DNA of 64,000 nucleotides from Chara braunii (lineage: Eukaryota > Plantae > Charophyceae). The stretch spans positions 1,969,022 through 2,033,021 of the forward strand of contig BFEA01000028.1 of the NCBI GenBank assembly GCA_003427395.1, written 5' to 3'. The first letter of the stretch is position 1. Each line of letters begins with the position of its first letter. This document shows, one piece after another, positions 12,401-23,659 of this stretch. The translations under genes were made by a program, and so were the position numbers. The notes under the pieces are model-generated. The model was not told where the DNA came from. It made no database searches and worked only from the letters and a program-made list of their open reading frames with translations.

Positions 12401-13882
12401 GATCAGAATGTTGAATTTAAGGTCTACATATAAGGAAAACCTATTCTCTAGCTGAAATTGGACACCTGCCTCTGAGACTGGATTTTTATAGAAAAGAATG
12501 AGTCTTATCTGAAAATTTTAAAATATTCATTGAAAATAGGTTACTTTATGAATAAACCATTGAAGTGTCTGTTTGTTATAGTTAAAGCGCGATGATCACA
12601 ATTATTGGGGACACACCCTTCACGTATTGACACCGAACTCTCTTCATGTTGGGAATAACTGAAAACCATCCCATGCTAAAAGTAGGTTTCGGTTCCCTAA
12701 CTGGTCTCTGAGTCGGTGGTTTCTATCCCGTCAGCAGTTTGGGTGGTGGAAATAGGAATGGAAGTGGAAGTGGCATGCCATAGGTGTAGTTGGGCTTTTG
12801 AGTCCACCATTCATTTATGGAGGGACTGGCCTGCCTCAAGCACAATTTGAAACTAGTGGATTCAACATTGGAATCGTATCTCATGCGTTACTTTTTCATA
12901 TAACAAAGAATGGTCCCGATTACGTGGACTACCAAAAGGAATAAGCAAATCCTCTGGTTGGGGTTATATCGCACAAGTTGTGAGGGAATCATTTTCTCCA
13001 TCATCTGGTAAGCTCGTAATGATCGAGTCTTCAACAAAATTGAGTGGACCAATAAACAAATCAGGTGTACCTTTTTCCTGCTGCTGCGTTGCGCAATCCA
13101 AGCAGATTGAAGGCATAAAGTGTCAAAGTCCAAGTACCCACGAAGTGGTATCCGATGGTTTAGAACCACCTGGTGCCTCAAAAGTTTTGTAGCTAGTATT
13201 GATTCGAACGATCGGCAGCAATTAGATTTGTGGGTACTCGAGTAAACTTTGCTCTATCAACCTTGATATTCGGTTGTTGGTTCAGTCGTCGGAGTCGGGC
13301 AACATGAACTATTATGCAGAGGGAGTGTCACTGGTTCTTTGGAGACCTTAATGAAGCTCTCACCACCGAGTTAGTTAGTCTTCCCCTTCTTCTCATACCT
13401 CTTTATTTTCACTAGCTTGAAGGTTACATTTGCTTTTTTTTTTTTTGGTTTGTCATTTTTGTTAATAAGAGACGAGTTTGGTATTTTCCGTTCATTTAGA
13501 TATGATTGGTAGTTAGTTAGTTAGAGGTTAGTATCCTCTTCCCCTACCAGGAATGAATAATATTGATATAGTAGGGTGGTTCTCAAATGTTTGTTATTTT
13601 GGTTTGTGAGGATTTATAGGCCTTGTGGCTCCTTTTTTGGGACTCCCCTTTTGGATTGTTCGACTTTTTATGCCGTGAAGGATTTTTTTCCCTCCAGGAC
13701 TGAGCCATGTCAGGACAACGGTCGTGCGATGGCCATTTCTGTCGCTGGACTTCTTCTCAACGCCTGCACCCAAGTTGGGTAGTAGACCCAGATTCCATTT
13801 TCTGGGTTGTTCCTTGAGGGACTTCCGACCTCCTTTTTTTTTGTGGTAATAAAATGAGCAGTTTTTTTGTTAAAAAAAAAAA
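6500..13882 (+). mobile_element. degenerate L1/Tx1-type LINE (ORF1 with CCHC knuckle; ORF2 APE endonuclease-RT-zinc finger), many stops and frameshifts
   Basis: CKCPTFFHEETQC knuckle (~7340-7380); EN motifs LQETK, GTRGGVALL, TGD*N (~8.85-9.2 kb); RT motifs YKILAK, LLLDLKKSYDRINW, LRQVCLLAPLLF, LVDNL (~10.7-11.2 kb); C-terminal CHRC..H (~12.8 kb); AATAAA and A-tail at 13848-13882. 5' boundary approximate. Confidence 0.85.
10075..10345. repeat. short tandem repeats (TCACCACTTCAGGA-based) inside LINE ORF2
   Basis: CACCACTTCAGGA, GGTTTTCAGGGTCTTCGGACC and GATTTTCAGACTGCC units repeated. Confidence 0.8.
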
Positions 13883-13890
13883 GGTGTACA

Positions 13891-14062
13891 AGCCTCGCCG
13901 CACTACTCACCAAACGTAAAACTCGTTCGTGAGTGCTTACCAACGTCGTGACCACTGGAAAACTCACCAAACCTGGGCCTCGACTCACTACCTCACTGAA
14001 TTTAAAAACTCACCAAACCTGTATCCAAACCAAAGAGAGCTTGGTGAGTAGTGCGGCCACGC
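13891..14062. mobile_element. Tourist-like (PIF/Harbinger) MITE remnant
   Basis: GCCTCGCCGCACTACTCACCAA ... TTGGTGAGTAGTGCGGC imperfect TIRs; same TIR family at 48471, ~24770 and 43601. Confidence 0.55.
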
Positions 14063-14519
14063 AGACATCCTACCAAAACTCAGTATGTTGCACGAATGAA
14101 GCCCAAATGCAGTCCACGGCCCTAAGGCCATTGGGAAAGGGGGCTGAAATGTTTGCAGCCCTAAGGGCTGCGGTATAGTGGGCTTGGGCATCTGTGTCAA
14201 GGTGACACTTTTTTGGGTGGCGGGCCGTTAGCTCATAAAGGGGTGTGTGGGGAGAATAATTTGTAGGGGGACCGACTCATAGCGTCTTTACGAGCGGCCT
14301 AGAGCTTTCGCACCGAAAACTAGAGCGGTAGAAAAGTAGAAGGACAAGTCCTCTTTTTAATGTGGTCCACAAAAGGGGTACCGACAAGTCCAGTCCAACA
14401 ATTTACAGAGCCTAGAGCCAACTTTGGTTATTTTTTATGCTAAGAAGAATTCACTGAAAAATTCTGAAATTTTAGAATCCATACATCAGGTCATGGTCTT
14501 TCCACGAAAAATCTCAGAA

Positions 14520-14614
<95 letters not shown>

Positions 14615-15249
14615 NNNNNNNNNNNNNNNNNNNNNNNNNNNNNNNNNNNNNNNNNNNNNNNNNNNNNNNNNNNNNNNNNNNNNNNNNNNNNNNNNNNNNN
14701 NNNNNNNNNNNNNNNNNNNNNNNNNNNNNNNNNNNNNNNNNNNNNNNNNNNNNNNNNNNNNNNNNNNNNNNNNNNNNNNNNNNNNNNNNNNNNNNNNNNN
14801 NNNNNNNNNNNNNNNNNNNNNNNNAAAAAAAAAAAAAAGTTCATAAAAAAAAAAATGAAAAAAGATATGTTATGGAGAATGATAAACTAAACAAGATTTG
14901 CCTGAGCATTACACCCGAATTCCTTACCAAATTTTGAAATAAAAATAAAATACGAAAAACAAATACTAATAATAAACATAAATAAAAATAAAAAAAGAAT
15001 TAAATTTAGTGAGTGTGCGAGCATGTTTTCGACACCGCCATCTTTGGCGATTTTTCATTTTTTTTTTGGCATAGCTAAATGCCCTGAGAATTTACAGATG
15101 TGTACTTCACATAATACAGAACCCACTAAAAAAGTTTCAAAAAATAATAAAATTGTTTAGACCCCAAACTAAAGTAAAAACGAAAAGTAAAAAGTGAAAA
15201 AATACGTGGGCGAGCATGTCTTAACACCGCTATGTTTGGCGATTTTTAA

Positions 15250-16043
15250 TTCCTATTGAGGGGGTTTCGTTTTTTTGGAGTTCGTCGCCTTGCAAGGTTT
15301 TGCTGCCCTCCTCGATGCTGTTACAAGAGTTTTGGAGTTGGTAAGTTTGGTGTTCCGTCAGCAGCAGTTCGTTCCTTTGACCTTTCCCTGACAGACTCCA
15401 GTACTACTCTTTAGTGTAACCTGGCTTCGATCCCTTTACCTTTCTTGGTTCCTCAAATCCGCCTCGATTCAGATATCAGTAGCCTTTAGGGGTATCGATC
15501 CTGTGACCTTTCTTTTGGACTTTGTTTCGACATTTGGTACCGGTTGGATTTCGACATTTTTCAGGGTTGATCTGTTTTTCTAAACATTGTCGTGCTCAAT
15601 ACATTTCTATAGTTTTCGAAGCAGTGAATAATCTTCCTTTTGGTATAGGTGGTGGTTTCGCGCGGCTTACTTGGCCATTGAGATAGTCTTTCGACGGACG
15701 TAGTTCCTACGACTTTCTTCATTCTCATCAGACTATATATCTGCGTCCACTGATGTCTATTGTACCGACTTGACCCCTGATGATCCTGGTTGGCGGCCAG
15801 GTGAAATCGGTAGGGTCCTACACCAGTGTCGAACTTCATTCATATTTTTTTCGTAATTAAGTCGCGTTCGGGACATCATGTGTCTTATCTTCGTCTCTTT
15901 CTTCCTTTCCTTTGTCTAGTCTCCTCCTTCCTCTTCGTTGCCCTCTTTCCTCATTCTCTATCCTGTCCCTGCTTTGCTGTCTGTCTGCTACTTGGCACTT
16001 TTTGGATGTGACGAAGCATTATCGGAGTGTGTTTTCATTACAC
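15250..16043 (+). repeat. pseudo-LTR, 5' copy
   Basis: Near-identical to 19786-20580. Confidence 0.92.
15772..15817 (+). ncRNA. minimal type I hammerhead ribozyme, copy 1
   Basis: GACCC-CTGATGA-T CCTGGTT GGC GGCCAGG T-GAAA-TCGG-TA-GGGTC: stem I GACCC/GGGTC, intact CUGAUGA and GAAA core, predicted cleavage after A15812; stem III palindrome mutated (TCGG). Confidence 0.8.
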
Positions 16044-16107
16044 TGTAGCTCACGGAGTAACCAACGTAGCAATTATACTACAGTTCAGTGACTTCGACAT
16101 TGGAACT

Positions 16108-17535
16108 AATGGCTTCGACTTATCTGAATGTGAACGGTGGCGCTAGACAGGGTTGTTATAACTATGGGCAGACGGGGCATATTGCTCGTTACTGTCCTCA
16201 ACCTGATCAACGTTTCAACGGTCAACAAGCATCCACGAGTATGGTGATAGTACCTGCGCCAGCTCCTCCTCTTCTCACCATGCCTGGTCAATCGGGTGTT
16301 GGGATGGTCGCACCTAGTTATCCTCGTTACTCGAACGGTGGTGGATGCCTTGGGAGTAGAGTTAGCAATCTAGAAGAGAAGGTGGGGAAGATCCTGACTA
16401 AACACGAGGCCGACAAAGCGAAGGAGGTAGCTGCACGAGAGGAAGAAATTAAGAAGAAACGACAACAAGAAGATGAAGAGCATATAGAACGCGAGAAGAA
16501 TGAGCGATCATTGTTCCACTCGCAATTCAAGGAAGAAATGAATACGAAGATTGACAAAGTCTACGAGGCGGTGACACAGACGAAGTTAGACGACTAAAAG
16601 CAGAAATTGACGACTTGAAGAGGAAACAGAGCGAGCCGAGCACTTCTGGAACTCCGAAAGGGTCGGATGAGGTCATGCAGCTCAAAATGCAGGTGGCCGA
16701 ATGACTGAAGATTCACAATCAGGCTGACAAATCGACGGCTGGTATGTTGACTGGAGAGTCGGAGGAGATTTCACGACTCAAGAGAGAGCAGCTAGCCATG
16801 AAGGATGTAGCTGATCGGCGTTTTTCTGCATTAGAAGACCTGGTTAACACACTGAAGAAGAAGAAGGAGGAGGCTGAAGGAAATCTGGAGCTGTGGAAGG
16901 CCAAGGCATTACGACCTGGCAACAAGCGTGGCAGTGTCGCCATTGGAACGACACCTGCCCCACGATCGAGGGTTTGATCTCGGGTTTCACCTTGTGAAAC
17001 ACCTTCGACCAACAGAAGGGTGGATGGGATGTTGAAAGGTGTGGTGGAACGCCATCAGATGGAGGTTGACTTGCTGAGAGAAGCCCGATTAAAGGAGGTT
17101 AACGCTCATAAAGAATCCGAACTGGAATTTGAAAGGCTGAAATCCGTTCTCGAGAAGCTCGAAATGGAGAAGAAGACGAAGATGAATCTGAAGTTCTGGC
17201 TGGACGAAGCAGCAGGGGCATCAAACAAGAAGAAGGAGGGGAAACAGCAAGTTACTCCGGTGATCCTCGTCCGCGAGAAAGAAGCTTTCGTTCGAGAAGC
17301 AAGGAAGGAGCTCCGTAAGAAGAACAAGGAAGAAATTCGTAGTATCTGTGCGAAGGAAGGAATTGAGTACACAACACTCGAACCCACCAAGGAAGAGATT
17401 GTACAGTTACGTGTTTCCAGAGCTTTCGACAAAGAAGGTATTCGGAAGGAACCAAGTCATTCTATGTTGGAGGTGACTGATGATGACGAAGACGCTGTCA
17501 GCAAAGAGGACGGGCGTGACTCCTCTACGTCTTGG
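16108..17535 (+). pseudogene. PLE ORF1: Gag-like zinc-knuckle plus coiled-coil protein (interrupted by stops)
   Basis: CYNYGQTGHIARYC (CX2CX4HX4C with one C>Y) followed by E/K/R-rich coiled-coil segments in ORFs 16088-16597, 16744-16977 and the first part of 17020-18402. Confidence 0.7.
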
Positions 17536-19663
17536 TCAAATGTTGTGGGGGTGATCGACTCGTTGATCGTTGGAAGGTTTTCTAACGATTATATGGTGGG
17601 AATGTTGTGTCTTTGCTCCTTTGGTCGAACGGGGCTTCGTCGTGCTCGGGGTTGGTTGCGTAGTGGTTGCTCATTGTTTTTTGAATCTATTGTCCCCTTG
17701 CTTAGTCGATCGTTGATTTTCAAAGGTTCCTTGGTTGACTTTCTTAGTAACCCTGGTAGTCGTCAAGAGCTGGTTAAATGGGACTTTGATAAATGTGTTG
17801 CTGCATATAATGTTGTTCGAATGTTCAGAGAAAAAAAAACTCGTTTCTGTTTGCGATGTTTACTCTTTCGTACAATTCTCTCTCGATTTAATATTAGCGT
17901 TAGGAAATGGCTCGTGGTTCGGATTGTCTACGACGTGTCCATCTGTAAGGTCAGGGTTAGGTTGCTATGTCGACGACTCCTTGATTGCTTGACGGTTGGC
18001 CATGAATGGAAGAAGATGCTTATACGACGTATGTGTGTCGTTTGGTGTCGCAACAAAAGTGTGGGGGATCTGATCAACAACTTTCGACAGTCTTCTAGAT
18101 CTCTGCTGGCCGCTTGCTCAAAGAATTCAAAAAATATTCTACGTCCTTCACAACCTCGATTTTTCCAGTCCCTACGATCTCAGGTCCTGTTCGCTTTTCT
18201 CTCTCATCCCTCTCTACCTCGCATTCATTCTAGATGTTTAACCGATGATCTACTGAGCTATTATTTTCTCGACACTCCTGTTGACTCGCTGTCCTCTTGT
18301 GAAGATGATCTACAACCTATTCAGTCTCAACTGTGTGGGTTAGTGTGTACGCTATGCGACCATAATCCAGGGACACCTTCTGGGTATACGAACAAGGAAT
18401 GAAGCAACTCTTCTTCGGTAACCTCTCCTTTGTGTTGTGTGAGCAGTTTGAAGCATCTGTGATAGCAAACTGGCGTGCTAGTTATGAGGAAACCAAACTT
18501 GACAAAGTCAGTAAATGGAATAGGCAAGGAAGTGTGGGAAATGCTTATTGTCTGCCCAAACACAAAGATGTATAGCGATGGCGACCAATTTGTCCGTCGT
18601 ACCCTGAGGGTTCGGCTGCTGGAGGAAAAATTGTGGCACGAGCAGTCAATGCCATGTTGTGGAATTTACCGAAGATCTCCCATTTGAATCTACGATCTGT
18701 TGATGGTTTGCCGAACTGTCTCAAAGAAGTTAATCAAGGACTGCGGGACAACCATGAGGTGGTGGGGGCTTCGTTCGACGTCAAGGAAATGTTCTCAAAC
18801 TTACCCCATCTATCTATCCTCCGTTCTTTGGCTCGGGTTATTGACTTTTGGATTGACAAAGGGTTGGTGGGAGTCGCCGTTAGGCAACAAGGAAAAAGTG
18901 TCAAGCTGCTTAAAGGTAAGTGTGAAGAGGGGTGAAGGAAACTAACTTTCGCTACTGTGTTTGAGTTCATCTCGTTTGAATTGAAGAACACCTTTGTCTC
19001 TGCGTCGGGAAGACTCCTTCGACAAACCATGGGTATTCCCATGGGGAAGCCATCCAGTCCTGCATTAGCCTGTCTATTGTGTAGTTATAATGAGTTTTGT
19101 TTTTTACTCAGTCTTGGTGTTGACCGTCGTTTTTTCAAAGGAGTCCGCCTTGTTGATGATGCGTCTGTCTTTGTGATCTGCAAGAAAGGTTGTGAGGATG
19201 ATCAAAGGAGAGCAATCCATCTGATTGATTCCTTTAGCAAATGTTATGATGATAACCTCATTCTGGAGAAAACGAGTAAAGATGATGGTTGGGACTTTTT
19301 GGGCTGTCAGCTCCAGATATGTGAAGGGAAGACAGGAGTGGTGTGTGTCCCTCTGGTGAAGAACCAACGGGGAGATCGTAACGGTAGATTAGTCTTTCAG
19401 AACCTGCAGAATTTCTCTTCCTTTACTCACAAACAACAAAAAATTACAGTGATCTACTCCTTTCTTAATAGGGCTAGGACTTTTACGTCTATTGAGGGTA
19501 TGACACTTCCCTTCCTCTTTTCGCTAAAGTGAGAATTGTGGAGGAGAGGCTACCCAGATTGCTTCTTCGATGACGCTCTGATCAATTTCTCAAGGAAGTT
19601 TGCGGGTATATGGAAGGAATGGATACCGGTGTTAACTGGGTGGGGTTGGTTTTACTGCGAATG
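17536..19663 (+). pseudogene. PLE-type reverse transcriptase with N-terminal extension (stops and frameshifts)
   Basis: AYCLPKHKDV*RWRPICP (~18545-18600), ASFDVKEMFSNLP, RQTMGIPMGKPSSPALACL, RLVDD, WDFLG: the Penelope-type RT motif series. No GIY-YIG recognised. Start boundary approximate. Confidence 0.85.
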
Positions 19664-19785
19664 ATCTTCGAGAGTTATCCTCGTCTTTAGGGGATAAGAG
19701 GTTCAATACTTTTAGTTTAGTTGTATTGCTTCGAGGGGTATCTGGCTTACTAAGATGTTTCGAGGGTCTTTGTCTTACTCTGTGT

Positions 19786-20580
19786 TTCCTATTGAGGGGG
19801 GTTTATTTTTTTGGAGTTCGCCGCCTTGCAAGGTTCTGCTGCCCTCCTCGATGCTGTTACAAGAGTTTTGGAGTTGGTAAGTTTGTTGTTCCGCCAGCAG
19901 CAGTTCGTTCCTTTGACCTTTCCCTAACAGACTCCAGTACTGCTCTTTAGTGTAACCTGGCTTCGATCCCTTTACCTTTCTTGGTTCCTCAAATCCACCT
20001 CGATTCAGATATCGGTAGCCTTTAGGGGTATCGATCCTGTGACCTTTCCTTTGAACTCTGTTTCGGCATTTGGTACCGGTTGGATTTCGACATTTTTCAG
20101 GGTTGATCTGTTTTTCTAAACATTGTCGTGCTCAATACATTTCTTCACTTTTTGAAGCAGTGAATAATCTAGGCCTTTTGGTATAGGTGGTGGTTTCGTG
20201 CGGCTTACTTGACCATTGAGATTGTCTTTCGACGGACGTAGTTCCTACGACTTTCTTCATTCTCATCAGACTATATATCTGCGTCCACTGATGTCTATTG
20301 TACCGACTTGACCCCTTATGATCCTGGTTGGCGGCCAGGTGAAACCGGTAGGGTCCTACGCCAGTGTTGAGCTTCATTCATATTTTTTCGTAATTAAGTC
20401 GCGTTTGGGACATCATGTGTCTTATCTTCGTCTCTTTCTTCCTTTCCTTTGTCTAGCCTCCTCCTTCCTCTTCGTTGCCCTCTTTCCTCATTCTCCATTC
20501 TGTCCCTGCTTTGCTGTCTGTCTGCTACTTGGCAATTTTTGGATGTGACGAAGCACTATCGGAGTGTGTTTTCATTTCAC
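19786..20580 (+). repeat. pseudo-LTR, 3' copy
   Basis: Near-identical to 15250-16043. Confidence 0.92.
20310..20355 (+). ncRNA. minimal type I hammerhead ribozyme, copy 2 (core mutation)
   Basis: GACCC-CTTATGA-TCCTGGTTGGCGGCCAGGT-GAAA-CCGG-TA-GGGTC: palindromic stem III CCGG intact, but CUGAUGA changed to CUUAUGA. Confidence 0.75.
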
Positions 20581-20849
20581 ACATGTACCTCACGTCATAG
20601 AGAACTCACAAAAAAACATTCAGAAAACAATAATTAGTTTTAGGCCCCGAAATATTTTTTGGCGGGGGCCGAATGCCGTCGGGTTCGGACCCTATATGGG
20701 ACCTGGAACGCCCGTTCATACGGAGGTCTGCCCGGGGACCTCCGTACGTACGGGCTGGTGACCCTGTATATATGGCCGAATGCCGTCGGGTTCGGACCCC
20801 GTACGGGACCCCGAACGCCCGTACGTACAGAGGTCTGCCCGGCGACCTC

Positions 20850-22044
20850 CAGGGTCACCAGCGCGTACGTACGGAGGTCCCCGGGCAGACCTCCGTACGT
20901 ACGGGCGTTCGGGGTCCCGTACGGGGTCCGAACCCCACAGCGTTTGGCCCCCGCCAAAAATTATTTCGGGGCCTAAAAATAAATATGTTTTTTTGAATTT
21001 GTTTTTGTGAGTTCTCTATGACGTGAGGTGCACGCCTGTAAATTTTCACGTCATTTGGGTAAGCCACATAAGAATTAAAAATCGCCAAATATGGCGGTGT
21101 CAAAACGTGTTCACCCACGTATTTTTTCACTTTTTACTTTTTGTTTTCACTTTAGTTCGGGATGTAAACAATTTTATTATTTTTTGAAACTTTTTTAGTG
21201 GGTTTTGTATTATGTGAAGTACACATCTGTAAATTTTCAGGGTATTTAGCTATGCCAAAAAAAAAAAGAAAAATAGCCAAAGATGGCGGTGTGAAAAACA
21301 TGCTCGCGCAACTCTCTTTTTATTTTTATTATTAGTATTTATTTTCCGTATTTTATTTTTATTTCAAATTTGGTTAGGAATTCGGATGTAATGCTCAGGC
21401 AAATCTTGTTTAATTTTTTTTTCTTCATAACATATCGTTTTTTCAGATTTGTTTGATGAACTTTTTTTTTTTTTTTTTTTTTTTTGGGGGGGNGGGGGGG
21501 GCTGCGTTCGGCCCAAACGGCCGAACGCACCCCCAAGGGGTCCCATACGTTCGGGCGTTCGGGTTCAAGAGAATTAAAACAAGTGAGTGTGCCAGCGCCT
21601 TTTCGACACCGCCGTCTTTGCCGATTTTTAATTATTTTTTGGCATTGGCAAATGCCCTGAAAATTTACAGATATATAGTTTACATAATCAATAACTCGTT
21701 AATTTTTTTTTTTAAATAATAAAATTGTTTACGCCCTGAAATAAAGTGAAAACAAAAAGTTAAAAGTGAAAAAAAAACAAAATAGTGAGTGGGCGAGCAC
21801 GTTTTGACACCCCCATCTTTGACGACTTTTAATGTTTTTTGGGCTTAGCAGAATGACTTCAAAATTTATAGGCGTGTAGGTTACATCATAGAGAACTCAC
21901 AAAAAAAACTTCAGAAAAAAAAACATATTTTTAGGCCCCGTAATGTTTTTTGGAGGGGCCAAACCTGGAGGTATTCGGCCCCCGAACGCCCGAACGTTCG
22001 GGGGCCAGCCCGGGCCCCCCCGAATGTTCGGTCAAGTAACCCTG
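20850..22044. mobile_element. long-TIR foldback element, CAGGGT...ACCCTG termini
   Basis: Starts CAGGGTCACC, ends GTAACCCTG|TATATA; arms inverted over several hundred bp; the single N at 21493 may be a contig join. Confidence 0.65.
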
Positions 22045-22070
22045 TATATATATATATATATATATATATA

Positions 22071-22663
22071 CAGGGTCACCAGACCGTACGTACGGAGGTC
22101 CCCGGGCCGACCTCCGTACGTACGGGCGTTCGGGGTCCCGTACGGGGTCCGAACCCGGCAACGTTCGGCCCTCGCCAAAAATCATTTCGGGGTTTAAAAA
22201 TATTGTTTTTTTTCGGAATATTTTTTTGTGAATTCTCTATGACGTGAGGTACCTGTCTAGAAAGTTTCAAGTCATTTGGCTTATCCAAAAATGAATTAAA
22301 AATCGCCAAAGATGGCGGTGTCAAAACGTGTTCGCCCACGTTTTTTTTCACTTTTTACATTTTGTTTTCACTTTAGTTCGAGGTTTAAACAATTTTATTA
22401 TTTTTTGAAACTTTTTTAGTAGGTTTTCCATGATGTGAAGTACACATGTGTAAATTTTCAGGGCATTTAGCTATGCCAAAGAAAAAAGAAAAATTGGCGG
22501 TGTCGTAAAAGTGGTCGCGCACTCAGTAAATTTAATTCTTTTTTTATTTTTTGTTATTTTTATTATTAATATTTTTTCTTCGTATTTTATTTTTATTTCA
22601 AATTTGGTAAGGAATTTGAATGTAATGATCAGGCAAATCTTGTTTAATTTATTTTTCTTCATA
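22071..22663. mobile_element. third copy of the foldback element (left arm, runs into gap)
   Basis: (TA)n 22045-22070 then CAGGGTCACC; homologous to 20850-21430. Confidence 0.75.
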
Positions 22664-23531
22664 ANNNNNNNNNNNNNNNNNNNNNNNNNNNNNNNNNNNN
22701 NNNNNNNNNNNNNNNNNNNNNNNNNNNNNNNNNNNNNNNNNNNNNNNNNNNNNNNNNNNNNNNNNNNNNNNNNNNNNNNNNNNNNNNNNNNNNNNNNNNN
22801 NNNNNNNNNNNNNNNNNNNNNNNNNNNNNNNNNNNNNNNNNNNNNNNNNNNNNNNNNNNNNNNNNNNNNNNNNNNNNNNNNNNNNNNNNNNNNNNNNNNN
22901 NNNNNNNNNNNNNNNNNNNNNNNNNNNNNNNNNNNNNNNNNNNNNNNNNNNNNNNNNNNNNNNNNNNNNNNNNNNNNNNNNNNNNNNNNNNNNNNNNNNN
23001 NNNNNNNNNNNNNNNNNNNNNNNNNNNNNNNNNNNNNNNNNNNNNNNNNNNNNNNNNNNNNNNNNNNNNNNNNNNNNNNNNNNNNNNNNNNNNNNNNNNN
23101 NNNNNNNNNNNNNNNNNNNNNNNNNNNNNNNNNNNNNNNNNNNNNNNNNNNNNNNNNNNNNNNNNNNNNNNNNNNNNNNNNNNNNNNNNNNNNNNNNNNN
23201 NNNNNNNNNNNNNNNNNNNNNNNNNNNNNNNNNNNNNNNNNNNNNNNNNNNNNNNNNNNNNNNNNNNNNNNNNNNNNNNNNNNNNNNNNNNNNNNNNNNN
23301 NNNNNNNNNNNNNNNNNNNNNNNNNNNNNNNNNNNNNNNNNNNNNNNNNNNNNNNNNNNNNNNNNNNNNNNNNNNNNNNNNNNNNNNNNNNNNNNNNNNN
23401 NNNNNNNNNNNNNNNNNNNNNNNNNNNNNNNNNNNNNNNNNNNNNNNNNNNNNNNNNNNNNNNNNNNNNNNNNNNNNNNNNNNNNNNNNNNNNNNNNNNN
23501 NNNNNNNNNNNNNNNNNNNNNNNNNNNNNNN

Positions 23532-23618
<87 letters not shown>

Positions 23619-23659
23619 CAAATAATCAAAATCCTTTAAGGTTGCGTTCCCCCCACCCC

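Larger units (their letters stand above)
15250..20580 (+). mobile_element. Penelope-like retroelement (PLE) with pseudo-LTR direct repeats, ORF1 and RT; degenerate
   Basis: ~795-bp direct repeats 15250-16043 and 19786-20580 without TG..CA termini; PLE RT motifs; minimal hammerhead in each repeat. Confidence 0.85.
14825..20766. mobile_element. long-TIR foldback DNA element (Tc1/mariner-like terminus), interrupted by the Penelope-like element
   Basis: 14825-15250 joined to 20581-20766 is the reverse complement of 20850-21480; ends GGTGACCCTG|TATATA; (TA)n at 14521-14614 precedes the gap that probably hides its left end. Confidence 0.7.

Noticed and set aside
15250-20580. Interpretation as a true LTR (Ty1/Ty3) or DIRS element
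   Set aside because: No TG..CA termini, PBS, protease, RNase H, integrase or recombinase; RT motifs and hammerheads are PLE-type.
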